In this document: positions 13,862 through 26,087 of the stretch, one piece after another
Layout of the letters: every line of letters starts with the position of its first letter
How positions within the stretch are numbered: position 1 is the stretch's first letter
Assembly (NCBI GenBank): GCA_965649765.1
Contig: OZ287748.1
Location: forward strand, 94,736,001 to 94,800,000
Reading direction: 5' to 3'
From: Bispira polyomma
Taxonomy: Eukaryota
Length of the DNA stretch: 64,000 nt
Made by a program: the position numbers and the translations under genes
The notes under the pieces: generated by a model
Database searches by the model: none
Told to the model about the DNA's origin: nothing
The model's input: the letters and a program-made list of their open reading frames with translations, nothing else

Positions 13862-15139
13862 TTTTTCAAACACTTTGGTCAGCCACAGAGCCAATCAATT
13901 TCTGAAACAAAATATACTTCCCTAGAAGTAACGTGCACAAAATAATGAAACATATGTAGCTGTCCTTGTTTTAATGTCTAGGGAGGACAAAAATAACCCA
14001 CACTAAAGCAGGTGTTTTAGCTACATGTAAAAAAGTCAAATTTTATACAGAAACAGATTGTTGGAGATATTCAAACCTTACAGTCTCAGGAAAAAAAGCT
14101 GGAAAATAAACATGTGAAGTGAAATTGTGTTTTTCTAGAACACATATTTGTAAATATTAAAAGGAGCATCACCCTTTAAGATGGGAGTAAAATACTCGGT
14201 ACTCTGGCTTATCTGTACCCCTGTGTGTACATGGGGTAAAAATGTGGTCCGACAATGTTATTGCACATCCACATGTCCAAACATATCAAAGTCATGGGTC
14301 AAACTATGACATTGCGCATTTGTACAGACTACATAAAAAGAAATATTTATATGATGGCGATCAAGTCTAGACAAAGTTATTCATGCAAGACAGTAAAGTA
14401 ACATGACAAAAACATAATCAATATAATTAAATACCTTAGCCAGTCTATGATATGAATGTTAATATATGCTCTACATATAAAACAATGTATAATTTTAGTG
14501 ATTTTGGCAAACTCAACACAATTCGAATTGTGAATAAAACTTTTATGCAAAGATGTTAGCAATATGCAGAGTGTGTCATTGGTTTATGATGTACAATGTT
14601 ACATCTTGTGTGTAATGTTTACTATATAAGGAAACGCGACAACTGAGCGAAACATATAGACTCATTATATATTCCAATAACATGTTACTTAGATGCTTTA
14701 TTAGAAAGCCGGTACATTAATGATAAACACACCATGCAACATTGATATATTTTCACTAGAAGATAAACAAGTAACATCGCATAGAGTACATTACAAGGTA
14801 CCCATGTGTACGAGAACCCCAAGTATCTCGTGATGCTGGGATTTTGCATCCAGTTCGGAAACCCATTTTCACAGCCACATCATTTTGAAATCAATATCAA
14901 GTGTTTTTACTAATGTATTTCGCTTACATGCTCTTCAGGATAACTGAGCTTGAAAACTAAAACATTTCTAATATAATGATTACCAAATAAATGCTTACAG
15001 AAAACAATTTTTACGCCATATTGAATTGTACCAATAGTAAACAAACGCCACCCCGTGATCGAAATTATTTTTATCCACGTGTTTTAAAAATTTATTCTGA
15101 ACTAAATATACACAAAGTAATCCTGATATATTTATTTAC

Positions 15140-15290
15140 TTACATAACATCAGGTAACACTTTACCAGTATTAAATTCCCGGTTAAATTCAACTTAAACA
15201 CAACCCTTGTACATTCCCTCGCATTTTACGAGATTTTAGAGGAAATTCTACTGCGCATGCCCTCACTGTGTTTCCGGACACCTTGTGGGT
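15140..15290 (-). promoter_or_regulatory. Putative promoter / non-coding first exon of the minus-strand gene
   Basis: Minus-strand donor-like GTAAGTAAAT near 15143; NRF1-like TGCGCATGC (~15252) and ETS-like TTCCGG (~15272) in a locally CpG-richer patch. Confidence 0.4.
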
Positions 15291-15681
15291 TTGGTGGATG
15301 AGTTGGCTGACACGAGTGCATTGTGAAGGTCATTGCAGTATCCTATGCGATACTTTGTTGGTACTCGACTAGAAATGTAAAGCTTTGTCTGAAACTAAAA
15401 TAATGACCATTAGCAAAGAAGTATATATGCCTCTCACAAATGTGTCTACCAAAATTTATTCAATACATCGATAGGAGTCCCGTTATGTTCTTTCTTGGTT
15501 ATGCATAATACTTTTTTTTTTTTTGCCTTTTTTGAGGAGGTTTTGCAAATAAATTTCATTGCCGTTCTTCCTAAATATGTGTAGCACATATGTCAATATG
15601 GTTTCTGTGGACTTTGGTGTGGCATTATCTTAATTCTCTTTCAGGTTGTGAATATTTAAAGGCATATAGTATGGTGCTACA

Positions 15682-16310
15682 CAGGTGGTAAGAATTCTGG
15701 CTGGTACGAATTCTGGACAAAAAATAAACTTATATGGAAATACCAGCAAATACACAGAAACTACCATGTCAAACTAACATTACTTTGTAATTTATTTGAC
15801 ACTACTGAATGTCTTCTTACTAAAAAAAAGTGACCAAATATATAATAAATCATAATTTAAATGTATAGATAGAGATACAAGTTGGTCTTATTTCTTGCAT
15901 TTGCATATAGGTGTGTCAAGTACATCTACTTTTATCTTGTGGTGGCAAAGCCGTGACCTGATAAAATATTGTTTATTTCAGATTTAATAATAAAGTTATG
16001 GAAAAAAATAAATAATAACAGGAAATAAGAGGAATAAGCATACAGAAATACTATTTCTGCACGATTGAACCCCTAGGTGGCACTCAGCCTTGCACTTCCT
16101 CCTCGCCACCAAACTGTCTAGAATTCATACCACTTGACATAAAATATCTATTTTTAAGAATCTGTCAAAAGATTATTTATTGATATTGATGTTTGACAAG
16201 TGTTTCATGTATACATATTTCAGTACATTTACTTTTTTATTATATCTTATGCGAGATACTTAAATTTAACTAAAAACATAAAATTCTGTCCAGAATTCGT
16301 ACCACCGCTG
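15682..16310. mobile_element. MITE-like element with terminal inverted repeats (Tc1/mariner-like ends)
   Basis: TGGTACGAATTCTGGACA (15702) is the reverse complement of TGTCCAGAATTCGTACCA (16287); right end CTG|TA. Confidence 0.6.
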
Positions 16311-16739
16311 TATAAGAAGCATACAGGGTACCTAACTGTTATGATGAATTAATATACGTTAACTTTGTGATTTCCAAACAGCTGGTCCATAAAATATAAT
16401 GTGAATAGTGCTGATATGAAATAACCATCAAACAGTTATAATGAGGGATAAATCATAATTGTATATGTGACTGTAGCTGGTTCACCATGCACAACGAAAA
16501 TGTCAAAATATGTACATATAGATTATGTGTAATACTCACCCATATTTCTCTGATGTCCTGGCGATAACTAAACTATAAAGTTATCCCTAAAAGTATGAGC
16601 TAGTAATGATCCTGATCTATTAATGATCCTCAAATGTATATACTGAAAGACACACAATCCTGATCTACCAATGATCATCCTAAAATGTATATATATATAT
16701 ACTGAAGGAGAGATTATATCCAATAGAGGTATAATCTCA

Positions 16740-17620
16740 AAGGGCACTCAGTAGAGTACATGCCTCGGCCAAAGTGCCAAAACGTGAAAATTCAAGAGAT
16801 TCCACTCTAACAAGATCCACTCCAAAACTAAACCTAGCACATCGGAGAACCAATGCATATTTGTATCCACCAGAAAGACAAAACACCCTAGGTAGCAGGG
16901 ACTCTACCTAGCACCCAAGCAAAAACCTATGATTCCCTACAGGCATTTATGCTAAAGCCTTAAATGGCACAAGTGGATTTCACATTGCAAACCTGTGGGA
17001 CCAATAATAAGTGTGAGGTAGGCACTTCAAAGTTTGGTCTACCCGTTTGACTTTGCACGAGGGGTCCAAGGCCAAATCTGATTACAGCAAACGATTATCA
17101 GCCCATGATTTCCTATAGGTTGTTTTTACGTCGAAAACCGCTACGACCAATAATAAGCGAGATATAGGCACTTTTAAGTTTGACCAAGACTGACTTTGAA
17201 CCAGGGGTCCAAGGTCAAATCAGACCACATCAAAAGATTTCCAGGCCTGGATTTCCTACAGGTTGGTTTCAAATTTCAAACCTCTAGGACAAATAATAAG
17301 TGAGATATAGGCCTTCCGCATTTGACCTTGAACGAGGGGCCCAAAGTCAAATCTGAGCAAATCAAAAGATTCCCAGCCCATGATTTTCTATAGGTTGGTT
17401 TGGCACTCCAAACCTCTAGGACCAATAATAAGTGAGATATAGGCATTTTTAAGTTTGGCCATCCGTATTTCACCTTGAACAAGGGGCCCAAGGTCAAATT
17501 GGACCACATCAAAAGATTTCCAGGCCATGACCCATTTTCCTTCACTAAAAATTAGAACCAAATATGTGTAAATTTTATCAGGCCTGGATTGGCAGATCCA
17601 TATCTGAATCTGTGGCGAGT
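16740..17620. repeat. Four ~140 bp degenerate tandem units, probably the internal array of a non-autonomous DNA element
   Basis: GACCAATAATAAGTGAGATATAGG...TTGACCTTGAAC.AGGGG.CCAAGGTCAAAT...AAAAGATT.CCAG.CCATGATTT recurs at ~16999, 17145, 17288 and 17420. Confidence 0.75.
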
Positions 17621-18291
17621 GTAAATGTTCATACTGATTTCTTTGTTCCAAATTTTTCTTGTTTGGGATCCTGATCCGGCTTATGTAAATCCTGTTTAGT
17701 AATTGTGTTTGTAAATATCAAGCCTAAAATCACATCAGAATACTCGTTTTTGGAGTAAAATCTTTCCATCAATATCAATAAGATAAAGTGCTACCACTGG
17801 TTTTGTTGCACTTTATCTTTGCATTCAAACAAAGTTAAAGCACATTTCAAAATTTGTGAAATTGGAAAACGGAAAATTCAATTTGAATATGTAGTACTAA
17901 TGCAAAGCTTCCCAAAATATACAAGACCATTACCTGAAAATTATCCCTTATAGATTGATTATTAAGATGGTGTTTCTAATGTGTAGACACACTGTACAAT
18001 GTAGTGATGTTCAATTAATACTATATATAGTAATTAAATGTCAAGTTTGATTGGTTTAGATTTTTCCCGCATATATTTTGTTGTTTTATAAAGTTGATAA
18101 AGAATTAATATTGGCAGTCACAATAGTCAGTAGATTATTGATACTTCAATACTATAATACATACATGATTAGAGCCATGAACAGATAAATTAATACGTTT
18201 GTCTTTTGACAATTATGATTGAAGAAAGTATATGCAATGTATTAGTGATAGTTATAAAAATCCGTTAAGAGGGGTAGTGGCAGCACAAATC

Positions 18292-18358
18292 TGGCTTAGT
18301 TGGTTAATGTGCCTGTCTAGTAAACAGGATATCTTGGGTTCGAATCTCAGCAGAGCCT
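18292..18358 (+). pseudogene. tRNA-Thr(AGT) pseudogene lacking the 5' acceptor strand
   Basis: TGGCTTAGTTGGTTAA.G.GCCTGTCTAGTAAACAGGA.ATC.TGGGTTCGAATC.CAGC matches metazoan tRNA-Thr(AGT); the upstream ACAAATC cannot pair with 3' CAGAGCC. Confidence 0.85.
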
Positions 18359-19002
18359 ATGCGATTTGTTACTGCATTTATATTCTTGTCGTTATTGTAG
18401 GTATTCATTGGGTCAAAGTTGAATTATGTGGCTTTAAAAACCATACCAAAGACACTCTAGTGATGAATAAACTTTTAAAGCAGACATTTTCATTCTTTTA
18501 AATTATTTTAGTGAGTATTTTTGTCAGGATATATTGATATAAAGTACTATTTTTATAAAAACAATTAATGTAAACCTTTTGCCAATTAAATCTAGAATCT
18601 AGAAAAAATAACAATATTCTATGTCCACTAGATCTGGAGAATTTTTGGATTAATTTTGCAAAAATAATATAAATGAAGCTCTTCTAAATATGTTTTTGCA
18701 ATATATACAAGTATACGAAGTAAAGATAATTATAATAATAGGTAACAAATAACGTCATGTATACTGCTCAGCTAGTGATCAACACAAATATCAGAATTCT
18801 GTACCATCTAAAGTCTGAGCAGATAAAACAGCAATTAGTCACTAATTCAAACGGCCACTAAAAAAGACATTACAATAGGAACAATTAAAGTTCCTACTTA
18901 CATACATATCTTTAGTAAGTCCATGACATGGTGGTTGTACAGGTTTTGCAAGCATATAAAATGTGACCACCAAAATTATGATCAAAATGGAAGATTTGTA
19001 AT

Positions 19003-19824
19003 TGTAGTATATGTTATTTTTCATTAGGATGTTGTATTACTTTCATATGAATATATGTATTTTATTTGCTGTATTTTTTATGTAATTATTAAGTCTGTAG
19101 ACAGTTTTAACTGATGAGTTATATATGTATTTTATTTACTGTAGTTTTAACTGATGCATTCAATATGTATTTTATTTGCTGTAGTTTTAACTGATGAGTT
19201 TACTTGAAGTTGTGGTATTTCAAAATTTGCAGTCTCCACGACGTGTCAGAATAATACATAGGTGAACTGCTGTAAAAGTAAAGGGAGGTAGTCCACCCTC
19301 ACCTTTGCATATTTGGAATTTATTGATTAATGTAAAGTTTAAACAGAGCCACTGCAAGGCTAAGGTATTTTGCTTTCTCATATTTACTTCTGGACACATT
19401 TATGTGTTTCTCCAGCTGTATGCAACTTGTCACTTTGACAGTTCAACTATCATGTGCAATACTTTTATTATTATAAGGCATTATTTTCCCACAGCACAGA
19501 ATTAAGATGGATAAGTTGGTAACAGGAATCTGGAGATTTCTTTGATTTTATTCTGAGTTAGTTTTTGATGGAATAACAAGTGTTTTCAGCCATTGGGCTA
19601 GATATGTAAGATTTAAAAGAATGTATTAATTAGGCAGACCTAATTAATCATTGTCTGAACCATGTTGTTATTATCTAACAAATAATTATTAGGCAGACCT
19701 AATTAATTGTAATGAAATAGATATATTAGGATTGTTAATGTAATTTCACTGTTAATAAATTTAGAACTATCAAACTGGAACTTTATCTGGTAATACAGGC
19801 AACTGCACATCTGGTTACACAACA
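19003..19824 (+). repeat. 5' LTR
   Basis: TGTAGTATATG...GGTTACACAACA; ~17 differences (counted by eye) from 32014-32835. Confidence 0.96.
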
Positions 19825-19829
19825 ATTTA

Positions 19830-19847
19830 TGGGGACTCGTCCGGGAT
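19830..19847 (+). other. Primer-binding site complementary to tRNA-Pro
   Basis: TGGGGACTCGTCCGGGAT is 17/18 identical to the tRNA-Pro PBS TGGGGGCTCGTCCGGGAT. Confidence 0.9.
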
Positions 19848-20285
19848 GATTGTGACAGTTACCTAAGTATTAATTGGATATACATCTGAAGAATATTGTG
19901 AAATTACAGTGGACATTATAGATTTTCTTTGAAATAATTACACTGATTACTGATATTATCTCTGCAAAAGTGTGGAATGACAACTGGATATTACATTTTA
20001 TTGGACTAATTAAATTAAGCTGTGTACAATCTCTGCAAAAAGTGTGGAAAGAATAAGTTAAGTATAACTTCTAAAAATAAAGCAATAAACTTGTGGACTG
20101 AGAGCTGATCTTTCATATTAATCTATAATTGATTTGATGTATGATATTAAGACTGGCCTAAGGGTAATTAAAGGCTGATCGAGTCTCAACCAGTAATAAT
20201 TGCTTTGTTTTATGTGAAAAGTCAAGTGGAAATCATACACACCCAGAACAGTTATATTCACCTATATTGTTTTACACACTACATT

Positions 20286-21700
20286 ATGGCTACATCCACA
20301 GAAAAATGGATTGCCTGTGGAAAAGAAATGGGATTAAAAGAAGCAGCTTTACTCGAGTTTGCCACTCAGCATGAATAAGAGGAAGCCTAACGTGATGAGT
20401 GGGCCCACCTCAGGTCTATTGAAAAGGAAAAGCGTGAGTTGGAACAAATGAGGCTGGAAGAACACGAACGAGGACGCCAATAAGAGAAACAAATGAGAGA
20501 GATGGAATTGCTGGAGAAAGAGAAAGACAGGGAGCACGAGAGGCGAATGCAAGACAGGACAGGTAGTTTTCCAGTTAGCCCAATGCCTACAACTGCTGAC
20601 GATGTACCTAAAGGTCCGAAACTACCTTATTATGACGACAATAAGGATGATATAGACTCATATATCCGGCGGTTCGAGAGATATCCAGAGGCCTGCAAGT
20701 GGGACAAGTCCAGGTATGCCACTTACTTGGGGAACTTACTTCAGGGAAAGGCACTGGAGGTTTATGTCAGAATGCCATTAGAAGACTACAACAAACTTAA
20801 GAATGCATTATTGAGAAGATTTGAAATGACGGAGGAAGGATTCAGGAGAAGATTCCACAGCTCCAGAATGGAAAAGGGGGAAACTGCGTCCCAATTTATG
20901 AGCAAACTTGCCGATTGTTTTGACAGGTAGACAAAACTCGCAAATGTTCCGGAGTCATATCTAGACCTGCGTGAGTTTTTAGTAGTGCAACAGTTCTTAT
21001 TTGCATGTCCAAAGGAAGTCGCCACTCATGTTAGGGAGAAGGCATTGAGTAAAACAGATGAGGTAACTTCAACTGCTGACTTATATATGGATGCTCATAA
21101 AATCAATCTTTGGTCAGATGCAAAGCCAAAGAAGATTGTGAAACAAAGTGTGTCAGAAGAAAAACTGATTGGCCAAGCAGCCAAAGGAAGTTTTGAGAAG
21201 CCAACCAAGATGGGGCATGAGAGTCATGGCGCAAAAAGCTATGGCAACAAATCGAGATCTACAGTTAGGTGTTATAACTGTGATGGCATAGGACATTATG
21301 CAAATGAATGCAGAAAGGCAAAGCATGTGGCAGTTATCCAGGTACAGCAATCACCTGATGATGAAAGCCCAATAGACATGGGGCTTGTTACTATGTCCAC
21401 TTGCTGCTCTGTAGAGGAGACCCATGAATGCAAAAGGCATGCCATCGGAATGGGTCGATTAAGATGTCCAACAATCGGATCCACAAAACTACTTGTAGAA
21501 GATAGCCAGTCCATGAAGAACTTGCTGACCGCAAGGGGCAAATTGAATGGCAAAGATGTAACTGTCCTCCGAGATACAGGATGTACCGGAGCAGTTGTGA
21601 AGAGAAGTCTGGTAGAAGAAGACCAGCTGCTGAATTACAAATGTAGTTACATCAGCATTGACAGAACGATGAAGCCTGTACAAGTTGCTAGAGTGTGCAT
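20286..21700 (+). pseudogene. Gypsy gag (SCAN-like region, CCHC knuckle) and N-terminal half of the protease, with in-frame stops
   Basis: One frame from ATG 20286 through ORFs 20493 and 20985; DIDSYIRRFER, EGFRRRF...QQFL, CYNCDGIGHYANEC, VLRDTGC. Confidence 0.9.
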
Positions 21701-21903
21701 AACACGACAACTTCAGGGGTCTGTTAATTCAGTCCAACATAAGATTATATCTACCTTAAAACCCTAGGTCATACCTAACCTCTATTTTCTTGTGTATTCG
21801 ATCACTTCCAACCAGATTCAAGATTCAATCACCCATGACCATTCACTTCCATTTCAAATCATTATTGACTCGACATTTGAACTAGAAACAACGAAAACTT
21901 CAA
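21701..21903 (+). repeat. Split direct repeat A1 of YR element 1
   Basis: 203 bp, ~4 substitutions versus 27294-27496. Confidence 0.95.
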
Positions 21904-22003
21904 GAGCTGGAATGTATATAGAAATTTTATTTGTTTGATTTTAGTTTGTTTTATTGTTATACATCCAGTAAAAAAAACTTGTTTAGCGTGTTACACGGTG
22001 AAT

Positions 22004-23374
22004 ATGGGCAAGACCAAGAAGACACCTGTGGCGAAAACAACAAAGGCAAGGACAAAGAAATCACAGGGGATCCCAACAGCCGACGGCCATCAGGTATCAG
22101 ACTTTATAGCTTCTGAAGTACAAGCACAATTAACGGCTCTAGCTTCTAGGTCGTCTCACCACTCTCCAGATCCCTTTTCATCGGTCTCTGCCAGTATCGA
22201 AACAGCTTATGCTCAGACCACACCAGCACGTGCATCCTCGAACATTAACGCAAACGTGTTACTTCCCCACACGCTGGGTTACCAGACAGTAGAGAAAGAC
22301 GTTACTTATGCTGGGGTCACACCTCCACGTTTCCCAACGTTTCCCGGGACCAGTTCCTTGCAACCGACTACTCAGGGGCAACAACCTTTGGTGAATACAG
22401 TCACGAGCCATGATAATTCAAATGAAATGCTGGTTATCCTTAGGAGGTTGGAAACATCAAACGCCGAACTGAGCAAGCGCATCGGGAGGGTGGAAACGGC
22501 ACAGACGCAGCGAGTCACACTTACGACACCGGCTACAGGTGTTACTGGGGTGAATGCACCCACGACGATCCCTGCAACTCATATCAGCAGCACTTCATCA
22601 ACCAGTCCTGGTTTGGCCACACAACTTCCGGTTCAGCAAGAATTTCTCAGGGACGGTGTCGCACCACAGTTGGACACACTTCGGGCAATTCCAGCCATAC
22701 AAGCGGCGATAGCCAGTCAGCTAGCGGGCTATGAAGCTGGCATCCAGAAAGATATTTTACAAGTTAAGACACCTGCTAAACAAAAGTCGAGACGCTACAA
22801 TAGCTCGGACGTCACCACTGCAGATCCAAGACTTTGGTGGCTGAACGAGGGCTGGGTGGGCGCAAACGCAAGAAGAAAGCCCACTTTTGACGACCTATCC
22901 TTGGCTCAGTGGGCAGCTGGGCAACTTAATAACGTCCTCTTGGTGACAGACCCGACGCTATCGCGAGGTATGATCCAGCAAGTGGTCCATACAATAAGAG
23001 ATGCAGCTGCTTTTCCCTGGCCTGTAGTTCGCTCGGCCTGGGGTCATAGCATGCAAGAGGTGGAAAAGGGGCGACTGACATGGGACAATCAAACGCAATG
23101 GGCCCTAAATAGGTTGAGTGCATCACAAATGGCATTAATAGGGGGAAATAACAATAATACCAGCAATGAGGCGTCTAAGGGGAAATCCAATGAGTTTAAG
23201 ACGATTTGCAAATTGTTTAACAATGGGAAATGCTCTTACAAAACTGATCACGCTAATTATAGGCATATTTGTTGGCACTGCTCAAATACATTGGGGAAAG
23301 ATGCAGTGCATCCAGAATTCAAATGTTTTAAGTCCAATCTGAACAAAAATTCTGAACAAACAAGTAATCGTTAG
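22004..23374 (+). CDS. Gag-like ORF1 of YR element 1
   Basis: Intact frame from ATG 22004; coiled coil ILRRLETSNAELSKRIGRVE; C-terminal CKLFNNGKC...HICWHC...HPEFKC zinc-finger-like motif. Confidence 0.85.
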   Translation: MGKTKKTPVAKTTKARTKKSQGIPTADGHQVSDFIASEVQAQLTALASRSSHHSPDPFSSVSASIETAYAQTTPARASSNINANVLLPHTLGYQTVEKDVTYAGVTPPRFPTFPGTSSLQPTTQGQQPLVNTVTSHDNSNEMLVILRRLETSNAELSKRIGRVETAQTQRVTLTTPATGVTGVNAPTTIPATHISSTSSTSPGLATQLPVQQEFLRDGVAPQLDTLRAIPAIQAAIASQLAGYEAGIQKDILQVKTPAKQKSRRYNSSDVTTADPRLWWLNEGWVGANARRKPTFDDLSLAQWAAGQLNNVLLVTDPTLSRGMIQQVVHTIRDAAAFPWPVVRSAWGHSMQEVEKGRLTWDNQTQWALNRLSASQMALIGGNNNNTSNEASKGKSNEFKTICKLFNNGKCSYKTDHANYRHICWHCSNTLGKDAVHPEFKCFKSNLNKNSEQTSNR

Positions 23375-26087
23375 GGACATTCCCGTCAGCCAATCAGCGA
23401 AAAGTTAGTGTTGAAAGTTGAGCAGGGCAGTTATACTAATGATTTAGACAGTAAAAAGAAATACAACCCAATCAGGGAACATTATGATTCTGTTAAGATG
23501 AACATTGCCAACAATGTGCACGTGCGAGGTTCTGAAAACGATTTATGTGTACATAGTGATTCTGTAAATTCAAGTATTACGGTTAATGTTGGAAATACTG
23601 ATAAAATATGTGCAACGAGTAACAGTTGCTATGGTAATTGTAGATCCACAGTCAATTCGACTGCAAATAATTTCTATATTAATACTGACAAACATACCAC
23701 TGTTAATGAAAATGTATCTTGGCCGAAACAGCTGAACCACTTTAAACCTAGCATTGCAGTGAAGGTCTCAGTAATAAAATTATATGAAATTTCAAATTAT
23801 GGTGGAGTGAGGGCCCCAGTGGCATACATCAGTAGCAGCGGAAATGAACAGTTTCAAAGTGGGTTCTACTGTCTCTGCCATTGTGTTGTTAATAACTGTA
23901 TGATATATTCTTCTACAGCTATATCTTCAACAGGTACCCTGCAGATCTTGGACACATATTATACAGATATATGTGTGCAAAATAACACCATGAATAAGGA
24001 TTATTTCAGCATTGGTAAACATTGTCCAAATTTAATGAAACAGGCAGGCAATGATTTCTATTACCATAAGAGAGATCTGCAGTGTTCTTTGTATTACAAT
24101 TGTAATTATACATCATACATGGAAAAAATAATTGACATGTTAATTGAGCAATCACAGTGGGCAGCTGAGAGGGCTGTAAAGGTTAGTAAAAGTGAAATTA
24201 AAATAAACAATATCAGCAGCAAACAGGTCAAGGTGAGTAAGAACGACTTACAAGCTAGAATCAAACCCCCGACCGTCTTCTTCGAAAACTGTAACAATAT
24301 GGACAGTAGTGAATATAAGGATGCTGTTAAAAACGACAGTATTGACATAAATAGTCTGGACAAAACAATTGGCTTCATTGCCCTTTCTCCCACACAATTC
24401 ACATTTCAGGGTCCCGATAGGCATTAAAATTGATTCTGTACAGAAAATTATCGAAATAGGCAAGCTAGTTAGTGACACAAATCTTCCTAACTATCAGCAA
24501 GCCAGAATCCCAATTATATCAAGCTTAAACCCAAGTGCTTGGGAGAGCACATTTTCAGATTACCCTGATCAGCTGGTAATCCAGTATGTTAAGTTTGGTT
24601 TCCCTTTAAGTCTTACCAGTCCTAAAAGTCTGAATAATGTCAAAATAAAAAATCGCTTTTCTGCCCTGCAACATACTAAGGCAGTCTGCCAATATCTTAA
24701 CAAAGAAAAAGAAAATGGAACAATGCTTGGCCCAGTCAAAGCCATACAATCCTCACAATTACACTGTTCACCTTTGTTAACCTGTCCAAAGGATGTCGAC
24801 AAAAGGCGAGTTATACTAAATCTCTCTTATCTCGGGGGGGATTCCTTGAACGATAATGTCAACAAAGCTGTGTTCGACGGGGTCAGATTTAAACTAAAAT
24901 TTCCCATGATTGATGACATCACACAGGCGATTCATTGTACCCCAGAACCTACTTTAGTTAAAATTGATATTTTGCGCGCGTTTCGTAACCTTAGAGTCGA
25001 TCCGGGTGATACCATCAAACTGGGCATAGTTTGGGATGAGCACCTCTATCTGGATCCGGCGATCCCATTTGGGTGGGTTCACGGCAGCGGGGCCTTTCAA
25101 AGATGCTCAGACGCAGTAGCTTACTTCATGAATAAGTCAGGTTTTCACTTATATTGTTATATCGATGACTACGTATGTATTACACATAAATATAAGGCTC
25201 AACGAGGTTTCGATATGTTAACAGAACTTTTGGACAAACTAGTTCTTCGTATGAATAGCGAGAAACTCACACCTCCTACACAAAACATGACATGTTTGGG
25301 AACAGACATAGACGTGGGGAAAGGCACAATTTCTATTACCACCGAGAAGATAACCCAAATTTGGAACATTTGTGCTGAGGTTTATAGTAAAAAATTTATT
25401 TCTAGAAATAAATTTCAATCTCTACTGGGAAGTCTACTGTACATTCATAAATGCGTTAAACCGGCTCGCACCTTTATAAATAGACTCCTCAGTGCCTTCA
25501 GAAGCAGCACTGATAAACGCATTAAGGTCAACTCAGAAATGAAACGTGATTTGGAATGGTTCTTAAAATTCCTACCAACGCATAACAGAGTTACATATAT
25601 TGAACCTACCATAATACCACATGCGAACAAGCTTCACCTCGATGCTTGCCTTACGGGCTTTGGAGGCGTTTGGGGCGACCAAATTTATGCCACTCTAATT
25701 CACAATTGTTACAACCGTGAATTAAATATAGCACATCTTGAGATGCTGAACATTGTAATAGCTATGAGGGTTTGGGTATATGACTGGGCCCATAGTAAGT
25801 TAACCATACATTGCAACAACATGGCTGTAGTATTGGTTGTCGGTACTCAAAAAACTACAGATGACTTTTTGGCATTGTGTTTAAGGAATTTATGGCTACT
25901 AGCAGCTTCATTTGACATAACACTTGACATTGAATATATCCCTGGCAAACAGAATATAATAGCGGACGCTTTATCCAGAATTTATTCAGCACATCCACCT
26001 ACTGTAGAAACGTTAAATTTGTTGAACACAAAATTCAATTATAAACAAGTTCCTTTAGAGTACTTTAATCTTAATTTGTCCATATGA
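23375..26087 (+). pseudogene. Pol of YR element 1: ~350-aa N-terminal extension plus RT and RNase H, one frameshift near 24420
   Basis: FGFPL, RRVILNLS, KIDILRAFR, PFGWVHGS, YIDD, LDACLTGFGG, IAHLEMLN, NIIADALSR; ORF 23408-24427 overlaps the RT frame at GFIALSP...GPDR. Confidence 0.88.

Noticed and set aside
17276-17651. Minus-strand ORFs with repeated peptides
   Set aside because: Translations of the ~140-bp tandem array.
19105-19215. CTGATGAG motifs in the LTR as hammerhead ribozyme cores
   Set aside because: No properly placed GAAA or stem II/III; they are parts of 40-bp tandem repeats.
19305-19505. Identical 66-aa ORFs at 19305 and 32316
   Set aside because: Explained by LTR duplication; TTG start and no protein features.
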